Assembly: GCA_016124515.1 (NCBI GenBank)
Contig: WGNN01000037.1
Span: forward strand, 13,171-77,170
Direction of reading: 5' to 3'
Source: a bacterium
Lineage (GTDB): Bacteria; Bacteroidota; Bacteroidia; CAILMK01; JACPUW01
Length of the DNA stretch: 64,000 bases
In this document: positions 17,656 to 26,438 of the stretch, in pieces
How positions within the stretch are numbered: the stretch's first letter is position 1
Layout of the letters: every line of letters begins with the position of its first letter
The notes under the pieces: generated by a model
Told to the model about the DNA's origin: nothing
Databases searched by the model: none
What the model saw: only the letters and a program-made list of their open reading frames with translations
Program-made: the position numbers and the translations under genes

Positions 17656-18396
17656 CTACTCGCCATAGGCGCAATGAAAAAATTGGCTGAGTGTATCGGC
17701 TCCGCACACAATTTTAAACCTGAGAATTTCGCCGTAGTTCAAATCTGTTACGGGTATTATTTTTCCGGTTGAAACGGCCTTCAAATACGCATCTGAATGC
17801 ATGTTTCTGATATCGGCGCGTGTAATTGCCTGTGTATGTTGCTCCAAAAAATGAAGGCTGATTTTGTACCAATACAAGTGGTTGTTTATGTTGTAAAACA
17901 CTGTCTTATATGCACTTCCATTAATGTACAAAGCAGGAAAGTGGCTGCCAGCACTGCCCTGCACACCCGGTGTAAATACCGCTATATAGAGGTTGGTAGC
18001 CGGATTCCATTCAGCTCCGTTGGGGCCGCCCCCATGATGCCCGAAAAGGTTGTCCAAATCCTTGTTAGCCTCTATATCGTTTGATTTTTGTCTCAGCCAT
18101 TTCATAACTTCTGCTGAATCGGCACGCGCATTTTTATCGTCCAACTCATAAAAACAATAGGCGGCCATTTTGCCTGAATCCTCGTGGTTCAATTCAGGGC
18201 TCTTTTCTTCAACCATTTCTACCGTTGCCCTTTTTTTGCAGGCAGTTGAGCTTGCAAGCAAAAGGAAGGCAATAGCAAGTGCATTAATGAAATGGTGGGA
18301 GGTGGTGGATGGTTTTTTATGTGTTCTCACCAAAAATTGATTTTGCCAAACATACGGCAAATTGGTCTGTGGTATGTTGGCGATAGAATAAAACAA
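17656..18396 (-). CDS. Hypothetical lipoprotein
   Basis: 246-aa ORF with a lipobox-like LLLASSTAC. No recognised domain; start uncertain. Confidence 0.5.
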   Translation of the reverse strand: MFYSIANIPQTNLPYVWQNQFLVRTHKKPSTTSHHFINALAIAFLLLASSTACKKRATVEMVEEKSPELNHEDSGKMAAYCFYELDDKNARADSAEVMKWLRQKSNDIEANKDLDNLFGHHGGGPNGAEWNPATNLYIAVFTPGVQGSAGSHFPALYINGSAYKTVFYNINNHLYWYKISLHFLEQHTQAITRADIRNMHSDAYLKAVSTGKIIPVTDLNYGEILRFKIVCGADTLSQFFHCAYGE

Positions 18397-18475
18397 GCAG
18401 GTGTGAAACTTCTAGTCGATGTTTTCATTCATGGTTCTAAAATACTCTGAGACAACTTTACTTAAGTCAGGCTCC

Positions 18476-19237
18476 TTATTTATCTATAATTGCCCGGTAG
18501 TCATACTCTTGGGGCAGGCGAACCCTATTATCATAAAAAACCAATGATTCATTCCGGTTGGGAAACGAGTAACTATACTCAACAGTTAATTGCCCTTCAG
18601 ATAGCTGTTGAATTGCAATGTCAATAATTTCGATGGGGGTTATCCTTCCATTTTCCAGTTTATATTTTGCAGCAGTGCCGCCACCTAAACCATAAGAATA
18701 TTCTGTAATTATCCCCAATTCAGGATAAAAGGCCGGATTTTTTAATTGCCAACAACTATCAGAAAATTCATCCAAATTTTTATCATAAAAATATACATCA
18801 ACCGTGTTCTTTAACCCCGTTCCATTTAAGCCATAGTATTCAAAAAACAAATCGTTAAAGCCATCTAAGTTGAAATCAAGCAATCCGAAACGTGGTTGCT
18901 CCATAGTGTATCTTTCGCTTATTTTGAATGGAATTTTAATGGTTGAATCATTCACGCAACTCGCATGTGGTTTTTTAAAGCGTAGGCTATCCACGAGCCT
19001 AATATTGAGATAGTTGTGGTAAATATTACTTTGATCTTTCTCGATAATACCTATGGAATCAAATTCGGTTTTAGCCTGCGCATCATCATGTGGCGAATCG
19101 CTCAATTTATTATCATTGATGTGCTTATTTATTTCCTTGTTTTTAATTTCGGGCAATTTATTGGGTTGACATGCCGAACAAAACAGAAATATCCATAGAC
19201 AATGAAAAAGCAATTTTATCCTATACGATTTGTTCAT
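18476..19237 (-). CDS. Hypothetical lipoprotein
   Basis: ATG at 19237 gives MNKSYRIKLLFHCLWIFLFCSAC (lipobox). One FG-GAP-like segment (LDFNLDGFNDLFF). Confidence 0.55.
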   Translation of the reverse strand: MNKSYRIKLLFHCLWIFLFCSACQPNKLPEIKNKEINKHINDNKLSDSPHDDAQAKTEFDSIGIIEKDQSNIYHNYLNIRLVDSLRFKKPHASCVNDSTIKIPFKISERYTMEQPRFGLLDFNLDGFNDLFFEYYGLNGTGLKNTVDVYFYDKNLDEFSDSCWQLKNPAFYPELGIITEYSYGLGGGTAAKYKLENGRITPIEIIDIAIQQLSEGQLTVEYSYSFPNRNESLVFYDNRVRLPQEYDYRAIIDK

Positions 19238-19288
19238 TATACCAGCTTGGTTGGTTTCTTGGTTGTGCGATTTACATGATTTCAATTG

Positions 19289-20886
19289 TCATTTCAGGAG
19301 TCTGTTCAAATCAATCAAATTTACATTGAAACCCAATTGCAACATTGGAAAAATACTTGGTGTATTGGAGCGGAAATAGTTCAAATTAATACCGTATTGC
19401 ACAAAAACCCTTTGTACGAGGGCCCCATATTGTGTATTTACAGCGGCTAGCCCAACATGAAAATTTTGTTGAAGCTTGTAGGGTTCCGTATGCGAGTACA
19501 CACTATGTAGTGATGAACCAACATAAAGGCGACCATATCTTCTGAGGGAGAAGGCCGGTTTGGGTGTTTGCCAGGTTGCGAATGGATTGATATTTTGAAA
19601 AGCAAAGGAAAGAAAATGAAATTGATAGCTCAAATAACTATAATAACTGTGGTTGGTTTGGTAGCCCGCTTGCAAATTAAATCTACTGAAACTAAATTGC
19701 TTACTCACACCTATAGTGGCGTATTGAATGCTGCCGGCGTACATGCATCTGCTCCCCAATTCCATATTAAACGAATAATGCTTGTTGATGGCGTCCAAAG
19801 GGAACAACTGCAACACAGGCTTATTGTTACAGTCAATGATATTGCTGTCGCAACACTTCATTATCCTGGTAATATTTTCTATGTGGTGAAATGTTATTGG
19901 TAGCTTTGAATAATAATATTTCTCACGCCTTCCGGCTCTTTTGGTTGTCCAAGTCAGCTTGTTTTGCATGCTGCAATTGACAAAATAATCAGCTTCCGGA
20001 TGAACATACTCTTTTGGTGCTCTTATTTTAACTTGTCGCCAATTAAACAGTATGCGTTTTACTTGCAAGTTTTCCTTTAAGAAGGTATCCATTTGAATAC
20101 AGTCAACTTCGTGCAAAATAGGCTTACCGGCTTGAAAATTTTCCGCACAAGAGCCGCAAGGCGCAGGTTTAATTCTAAAAATTTTATAGCTGTCAAAATC
20201 CTTTTTGGGAACGGTGGTTATGAACCTTCTTTTTGCCCACCATAATTTTCCGGTTCGTTTTTGCAACCATTTTACCTTTTTTGATCGGAAAACCCCTTTT
20301 CTTGTTGTTTTCCCATAATAATACACATTATTTTCTAAGATTTCTGATGCATTTGTCTCAATAACTACCCACTCCTTATTACCCCTTTTGAATGTGTGTA
20401 AATGGCAAAGATGCAACAATTTGTAGTCTATTACATAACATTGGTCATCCGGAGAGAAATCTTCGATGGCCGGTTCTTCCGGTTCATCGTCAATTCTAAC
20501 ATACAAAATAATATCAATCCGTCTATTCTTATAGGCCTCATTTGATTCCTTTTCGCCAAGTGCCGCTACATTATATACGATATTGGATGGAAATGCTTTC
20601 ATGCAATATGCGGCCACTTTTTTCGCCCGCTTTTCGGAAAGTTTCAGGTTTGCCTTGATCTTTCCAACTGAATCCGCTCTTCCAATGAAGTGCACTGAAT
20701 CCAACAACAAAAAGTCGTAGTTTAGCAAAACCATATCCAGTCTTTCCTGCTCATTTTCATCAAAATTAGCCTTTCCAAAATCAAAAAAACGGACAAGGTA
20801 TCCTGTGCGTGCACAACTGTCTTACTGCCCAATATAAGTAATAAAGCAATATGTATGAGCCTATGCACTCTCACAAATAATATCAT
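19289..20886 (-). pseudogene. OmpA-like-domain protein disrupted by a frameshift in an A7/T7 homopolymer
   Basis: A 54-codon ORF from ATG 20886 encodes a signal peptide (MILFVRVHRLIHIALLLILGSKTVVHAQDTLSVF) and stops at 20722. The 481-aa track ORF (19289..20734) continues the OmpA-type domain in another frame (FFDFGKANFDENEQERLDMVLLNYDFLLLDSVHFIGRADSVGKIKANLKLSEKRAKKV). One extra base in the run at 20783-20789 fuses them. Confidence 0.65.
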
Positions 20887-20919
20887 TAATTTATTAATGA
20901 TTTCATTCGCACTCCAATT

Positions 20920-21594
20920 CTACTGCCCAATGAGCTTATTTTCTGCTAGTTCCTTCATTATATTAGCGTAGTTTAGCGATGCCTCGGTGGCCAGCGACTC
21001 ATCCAAACTATCGGTAAGTTTAATCAAATCACCGCATTTTGTGGTAAAATAGTTCTTAACCATTGGTTCCACTTTTTTTCTTTGAATAATAACTTCATCC
21101 GGCGTTGTGTCGCTTTCGAGAGCTGTTTTTACCATTTTCCTTTGAACCCATTGATCAAAAATTAGCCTTAGCTCAAAATCAGCTAATCTGTAAGTGCCTT
21201 GCCTTACAATTTCGTCGTTCATACAATTTGAAATGCTGTAAAATGTGGAGTCTGTAGGAAACACATACAGGCCCGAACAGCAGTCGCATTCAAAATAAAA
21301 GGCACAACTGTCTTTGATAAAATGATAGGTGGCGCCCTTTTCAAAAACAGTTTCTTTGAGCGATTCAATCCTTACATAATTCGCAGTATTTCCTTCGTTT
21401 TTTCTGTTCAATTGCAGGTTCTTTGCCATTTCGTTCTCATAAGCTTTCTCTATTGGCACTATTTGATTTGAATGCCCTTTGCCTTTGGTTTTCCCGTTGT
21501 CTGTGCCACAGGCCACCAACGCAAGGAGAAGGGCAATGCTAATTTTCAGCCGTAACGCGCTGATTTTATTATTTATAAAGCTTTCACAAAACAT
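20920..21594 (-). CDS. Hypothetical lipoprotein
   Basis: 224 aa with lipobox LLALVAC. No recognised domain. Confidence 0.55.
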   Translation of the reverse strand: MFCESFINNKISALRLKISIALLLALVACGTDNGKTKGKGHSNQIVPIEKAYENEMAKNLQLNRKNEGNTANYVRIESLKETVFEKGATYHFIKDSCAFYFECDCCSGLYVFPTDSTFYSISNCMNDEIVRQGTYRLADFELRLIFDQWVQRKMVKTALESDTTPDEVIIQRKKVEPMVKNYFTTKCGDLIKLTDSLDESLATEASLNYANIMKELAENKLIGQ

Positions 21595-21600
21595 CTATTC

Positions 21601-22026
21601 CTAGGCAACCGGATCGAATGACACCATCCATTCTATGCCGTATTTGTCTCTGAACATGGCAAAATAATTTCCATCGGGGCCTTCGTTCATAGGTATTTCA
21701 ATTTGCCCGCCTACCGACAATCCATTATAAATAGCAAGTGCTTCTTCCTTGCTTTCGGCGTTGACCGCAATTTTACTTCTGTGCTCGTTTTCGTTGGTAC
21801 GGCCCATTCGCGCGGGTACATCGTTGGCCATTAGGTAGTTTTTGCCAATGGGCAGGGCAATGTGCATTATTTTTTCGGCTTCACTTTCGTCTATGGGAAA
21901 ATGCGGACCGGCTATGTCTTTGAAACGCACGATTTTGGAAAACTCGCCGCCAAAAACCGATTGGTAAAAAGTAAAGGCTTCCTCGGCATTTCCGTTGAAA
22001 TTGATGTGGGGATTGATTAGTGCCAT
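21601..22026 (-). CDS. VOC/glyoxalase-fold protein (PhnB-like)
   Basis: 141 aa. MALINPHINFNGNAEEAFTFYQSVFGGEF...MHIALPIG...YFAMFRDKYGIEWMV is typical of the PhnB/3-demethylubiquinone-methyltransferase-like VOC family. Confidence 0.7.
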   Translation of the reverse strand: MALINPHINFNGNAEEAFTFYQSVFGGEFSKIVRFKDIAGPHFPIDESEAEKIMHIALPIGKNYLMANDVPARMGRTNENEHRSKIAVNAESKEEALAIYNGLSVGGQIEIPMNEGPDGNYFAMFRDKYGIEWMVSFDPVA

Positions 22027-22297
22027 ATTGTTGTTCTATAAGTTCGAAATGAATGAGTGGTGCTTGAAACATTTCAGTCACCATACATAGTTTTGGTTTG
22101 GAAATGTAGCACCAAAATGGTTTATACGGTTGTTGTTGCGCAGATTTTTATTTGAGTGGATGGGTATTGCTTTCCTTTAAGGCTGGTAGTAATTCTTTCA
22201 GGACTTTTAAGTGTGCATATCCCTTTTTAAGGCAACCTAGCTTTTAATAAGGCGTGGCGCCATCAGATTTTTCTACCAATTGCCTGCCGATTGTGGT

Positions 22298-22522
22298 CTA
22301 TGCGTTAAACTCTTCTCTTTTTCGTTGCATCCATTCTTCCATTGCACCGGGTTTTTGCATTATTTGCTGCATTTCCTTCATGGCGTTTAGGTGGGCTTCA
22401 TCGCCGGCCGCAAACATCTCTTTTGCATGGCTTTGGCTCATTTTTGATATTTCTTCAAATGTTTCGGCGGTAAATTCCGCGTTGCAAGCGCCACCCAATT
22501 GTCGGCAAGTCATGGTTTTCAT
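22298..22522 (-). CDS. DUF1059-like small protein
   Basis: From ATG 22522: MKTMTCRQLGGACNAEFTAETFEEI..., matching my memory of the DUF1059 N-terminus. Confidence 0.55.
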   Translation of the reverse strand: MKTMTCRQLGGACNAEFTAETFEEISKMSQSHAKEMFAAGDEAHLNAMKEMQQIMQKPGAMEEWMQRKREEFNA

Positions 22523-22610
22523 TAGAGTACGTTTTATAAATATTTTGCCAATATAGTTGATTTTCAAATAATTCCCGTTTTTATATGCAGCATTTTCGCT
22601 ACGTGGCGAA

Positions 22611-23246
22611 CTACTTACCCACTTTTTTAATCACCTTTTCCAGTCGTTTGCGTTTCGATTCTTTTTCAACATCCACAAGCCGCATTTGCAGCGTGTTTAT
22701 AAAGAGCTCTCTGTTGTGGTCGGCAATTACCGGAATGGTCTTTTCGGCGTACATGGGTAGTTGGTTGGTGGCACATTGCGATAGCTGTTCCATCAACAAA
22801 CCAAAAACATAATGGCCATATTCGTTTAGCGCACTGAGCTTTATAAGAATGTTCACAGCGTGGTCTTTGGTAATAACCGAACCTTTGTTTGCGGCAAAAA
22901 GCAGGGTTGGCAACACTTCAAACACCCCTTTGGGATGCACAGTACAAATGGTGTCAATGGCGGTCATGGCGCCCCACTGCATGCGGTTGTTTTTGCTCGA
23001 TAGCAGGTCAACAAAACTCTGAAGGTAATTTGCTATAAGTTCGGGTTGGCGTTCCCCTATTTCATAGAGCACTTTAATGCAATCATTTTGTATGGCGGTT
23101 TTTCCCTTTAGGTTGGCCACCAAAGTGGCAACGGCCTTTTCATCGTTTTTACTAATTATTTCCTTTGCCAATTCAATGTTCGGCTCTTCATCGCGCCTGT
23201 TGAGCGTAGAGGCAAGTTTTTCAATGACATTTATTTCGCTTTCCAT
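22611..23246 (-). CDS. HEAT/ARM-like helical repeat protein
   Basis: 211 aa, all-helical repeat character. No catalytic motif recognised. Confidence 0.45.
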   Translation of the reverse strand: MESEINVIEKLASTLNRRDEEPNIELAKEIISKNDEKAVATLVANLKGKTAIQNDCIKVLYEIGERQPELIANYLQSFVDLLSSKNNRMQWGAMTAIDTICTVHPKGVFEVLPTLLFAANKGSVITKDHAVNILIKLSALNEYGHYVFGLLMEQLSQCATNQLPMYAEKTIPVIADHNRELFINTLQMRLVDVEKESKRKRLEKVIKKVGK

Positions 23247-23316
23247 TTTATTGGGTTTTCTATTTTTTTATTTTAATAAAAGGCTCAATATGCCATATTC
23301 TTAATATTTCAATAAG

Positions 23317-23715
23317 CTAAGGCATGAGGCCCGGTATGGCTTCTACCAGCATTTTATTACCTTCTTTGTCAGAATAGGTTACTTTCATTTCTATAATATG
23401 CGTGGTCCATTTATACACACCCGCAGCGGCAGCTTCCTTGCAAAATGTCATGTAATCGGTGCGGCCCTGTTGGTGGGTGGCCAAGGCTTGTTTCAGGTCT
23501 TCGGCTGAGCTGTTTTCGCTTACCGGCAACTCAGGATATTTTGGTGCCATATTCAACTCAAAACCATCGGTTCCGTGGTAGATGGTTTGTCCGTCTTTTA
23601 CATAATTCTCGTAGTGTGAAACGCCAATATCTCTCAGATCCTGAACGAATTGTGGAAAATCGGCACCGGTTTTTGTGCGTGATGAAGCTTCATCGATCTG
23701 TGCTTTGGTAAACAT
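23317..23715 (-). CDS. DUF1398-like protein
   Basis: 132 aa. MFTKAQIDEASSRTKTGADFPQFVQDLRDIGVSHYE...YMTFCKEAAAAGVYKW resembles the DUF1398 (YbcV-like) family. Confidence 0.6.
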   Translation of the reverse strand: MFTKAQIDEASSRTKTGADFPQFVQDLRDIGVSHYENYVKDGQTIYHGTDGFELNMAPKYPELPVSENSSAEDLKQALATHQQGRTDYMTFCKEAAAAGVYKWTTHIIEMKVTYSDKEGNKMLVEAIPGLMP

Positions 23716-23867
23716 CTTTATCTCTTTGGTTTTAGGTGCCTAAAGGTAGGCTTTTTTTGGTGGAAGCGCTGTGGTAAATTTTGAAAGATAAATGCAGGGC
23801 GGTGGAGGAAATTGTGGGGCAACTTCTACTTGGCATTACAATAAACAACAATCTATTGTTTATATTA

Positions 23868-24260
23868 TTATTTCTGGATTAAATTTATTTCTGACAACTC
23901 CTGACCTATTTGGTGTATTCCCATTAAAATTTTTGCCGTTTGTTTGCTTGAAGGTTTTTTGTGTCCTTGCACGTATTGCGAAAGCAGCGTTGGGTTCATA
24001 CCTATTTTTTCAGCTAAAAACTTGGCGTTTAATACACGATAGTATTGAAAGAACTGCCTGATGTCAATTTCGAATTTAAGCTTTTCGTGAGGTACATTAC
24101 CCGAATTTTCAAAGTAAAAATTGACCGCCTCATGTGTGTTGTCAATCAAATCCGGTATGGATTTACCTGTAGTAAAAATTGGATAGTCTTCTGCATAAGC
24201 TGAAAACCCAGTATCGGTTTTTTCTACTATTATTTTTATATCTTGCTGTTTTGGTTTCAT
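23868..24260 (-). CDS. hicB: HicB-like antitoxin with C-terminal XRE-type HTH
   Basis: N-terminal IVEKTDTGFSAYAEDYPIFTTGKSIPDLIDNTHEAV is HicB-fold. C-terminal LAEKIGMNPTLLSQYVQGHKKPSSKQ is an HTH. It lies 2 nt downstream of hicA. Confidence 0.7.
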   Translation of the reverse strand: MKPKQQDIKIIVEKTDTGFSAYAEDYPIFTTGKSIPDLIDNTHEAVNFYFENSGNVPHEKLKFEIDIRQFFQYYRVLNAKFLAEKIGMNPTLLSQYVQGHKKPSSKQTAKILMGIHQIGQELSEINLIQK

Positions 24261-24262
24261 AA

Positions 24263-24454
24263 TTATTTATCTTTCAATCCGGCATCATTTTTTATTTTCA
24301 TTTCCAGTCCTTTACCAATCTCCTGACTACCATGGTTAGGGAAAATAATAGTCCCGGATTTTATGTCGTGCTTCAGTTTGACATGAGAACCTTTTTGAGA
24401 CACCGGGTACCAACCGTCCCTTGTCAAAATTCTGTAAAGTTCCGAACATTTCAT
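24263..24454 (-). CDS. hicA: HicA family mRNA interferase toxin
   Basis: 63 aa; LTRDGWYPVSQKGSHVKLKH is the characteristic HicA motif. Confidence 0.75.
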   Translation of the reverse strand: MKCSELYRILTRDGWYPVSQKGSHVKLKHDIKSGTIIFPNHGSQEIGKGLEMKIKNDAGLKDK

Positions 24455-24663
24455 TCAGTATTTGATGCATTCAATGACCATCAAAAGTAAGTAATTATTT
24501 ACTTTTTAGCAAGAGCACCTAGTGTTTGTCATGACATTCATTCCAATATAATGTTTTTGGGTGTCCTTCGATAAACAATTGATTATCAAATCAAAGCAGT
24601 CAAGTCAAAATACCTGATGCACTTTAAACAGCCATTCAATAAAGCAATTGTTTGGGTTTACCT

Positions 24664-25194
24664 CTACTTCCTGCTCACAAACCCTATGATGGTTTTGTGT
24701 TTGTTCATCGCTATGTTGTCAAAATCAGGGTCGCGCGCCACACGGTCCAGCTTTGGTATTTCCATATCAAGGTCAATTTTATCTCCCTTCTTTACCTTTT
24801 CGAGCAAGCCATCATCATAAAATATCTTTTTCGTTTCATCAACATCCTTGGTAAATATAAAAATGCGGTCTTTATCATCTTCATTCAGCTCTATGGCTTC
24901 AGGGGTTAAAATATTTACGGTATCGCCGCTCCCGGCATCCATTACCACATAGTGATTGTAGTAATCCAATACCCGAAATGGATCAAACGAGGCGCCACTC
25001 ACTGATGTTATGGTGCCAATTTGACCGTCAAATTTTTCGGGAATATCGGGTCCGCGGCTACAGTAAATCAATTTTACCTCAGCGCTATCATCCAGGGCGT
25101 TTTCGTCTATGGCAAATTCAGAGACCTTGCGATAGGTATAGTTCTTGCCACAACTTGTCAGTACCGCTACCAATGCTATCAACAGGTATTTCAT
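24664..25194 (-). CDS. Hypothetical lipoprotein
   Basis: ATG at 25194 gives MKYLLIALVAVLTSC (lipobox). Confidence 0.55.
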   Translation of the reverse strand: MKYLLIALVAVLTSCGKNYTYRKVSEFAIDENALDDSAEVKLIYCSRGPDIPEKFDGQIGTITSVSGASFDPFRVLDYYNHYVVMDAGSGDTVNILTPEAIELNEDDKDRIFIFTKDVDETKKIFYDDGLLEKVKKGDKIDLDMEIPKLDRVARDPDFDNIAMNKHKTIIGFVSRK

Positions 25195-25213
25195 ATTCAA
25201 TATTTCTGTGTTA

Positions 25214-25786
25214 TCACCCATTCTTTTTCAAATGCTCCACCAAGCGTTCTTTCATACTTGCGGCAAAACCTTCTGTGCCTTTGTCTATTAGTATTTTCAC
25301 CGGATCGGCCGATGCATTTTCCTTCAATATATCCTGCAACTCACTGTCGCTAAGGCGGTAGGTTTGGTGCACATCTACCCGCACGCTTTCGCCTTTTTTA
25401 TCTACGCTGCCAAAACCACCCATTATAGTAAGTTCCAAGCCTTCATTTGGATTGCTCGCCGCGGGCGAGGGTATTGGGGGGCGCGAATCCATTATGTTTA
25501 CCGCACCCAACTCTATGGTTATATTATCGGGTTTTTTAATATCGGCAGCGCCAAAACCACCAATTTGGGTTTTAATTCCCTCTTTGTTCAAAGCCTTAAC
25601 CAATGCATCAGAAAAATAAGGCACGTAGCGCATGGGGTCCATTTCTTCAGGACTTGCTCCGGGTTTGCCGCCCATAACCTGTATAGGTGGAATAGTGCCC
25701 ACAAAAGCTACTACATCTTTCAGTTCGCGTGTAGGATTGCAGGCCAACACCACGAGCGATACCATCAAAAACGAAAAATATTTCAT
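25214..25786 (-). CDS. Hypothetical lipoprotein
   Basis: MKYFSFLMVSLVVLAC (lipobox). 190 aa with no recognised domain. Confidence 0.55.
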   Translation of the reverse strand: MKYFSFLMVSLVVLACNPTRELKDVVAFVGTIPPIQVMGGKPGASPEEMDPMRYVPYFSDALVKALNKEGIKTQIGGFGAADIKKPDNITIELGAVNIMDSRPPIPSPAASNPNEGLELTIMGGFGSVDKKGESVRVDVHQTYRLSDSELQDILKENASADPVKILIDKGTEGFAASMKERLVEHLKKNG

Positions 25787-25789
25787 GCG

Positions 25790-26290
25790 TTACACGGGTT
25801 TAAATTGTTCAAAGGTTTCTTCGCAATCGTTGCAATAATACACCGCTCTGCACAAAGTGGGGCCAAACGGACTTATCTGCGCGGTTTTTTCGCTGCCACA
25901 GCGCGAGCAGGTTACGGCAGGTGGAGCTTCCAAATCAAGCTCGCCGCAATAACGCTTGGGCGATGAAAGACCAATTTTTTCAATATCGCGCAAACCTTGT
26001 TCACTAATCATATTGGTGCTCCAGGCTACTTCATTGTCAAGCACCACGGTCACATTTTCTACACCCATAGCTTCTACGCGCTGTTTCACCTCGGCTTTCA
26101 TTACATGCAGGGCCGGGCAACCCGAAAAGGTGGGAATCATTTTTACTTGCACCTCCTGCTCGTTGGCAATGTTTATTTCGGTTATCAAACCCAAATCTAC
26201 CAACGAAACCGTGGGTATTTCGGGGTCTTTCACGTCTTTTAGCGCTTCTCTTATTGCTGCCTCGCTAAGGCTTGCCGTTTGCTTGCTCAT
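25790..26290 (-). CDS. PaaD/PaaJ-like protein (DUF59 Fe-S assembly domain + C-terminal zinc ribbon)
   Basis: DVKDPEIPTVSLVDLGLI and PTFSGCPA are MIP18/DUF59 motifs. C-terminal CSRCGSEKT...YYCNDCEETFEQFK is a zinc ribbon. Confidence 0.7.
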   Translation of the reverse strand: MSKQTASLSEAAIREALKDVKDPEIPTVSLVDLGLITEINIANEQEVQVKMIPTFSGCPALHVMKAEVKQRVEAMGVENVTVVLDNEVAWSTNMISEQGLRDIEKIGLSSPKRYCGELDLEAPPAVTCSRCGSEKTAQISPFGPTLCRAVYYCNDCEETFEQFKPV

Positions 26291-26438
26291 AATTTGTGCT
26301 TTTTAAATAAAGGTGTCCGGCTCATTAAACGAAGCACGGGCTTTGCTGGTTCAAAGGTATTATTCACTCAGAACCCAATCGGTTTCAAAAATATAGAACT
26401 GATATTGCCCGCAAAATGACAGTAGTCATTAGTAGTTG

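Noticed and set aside
5852-21600. Prophage or integrative element interpretation of the AT-rich region
   Set aside because: No integrase, recombinase, terminase, capsid or conjugation genes are present, and I found no flanking direct repeats. It remains an island of unknown origin.
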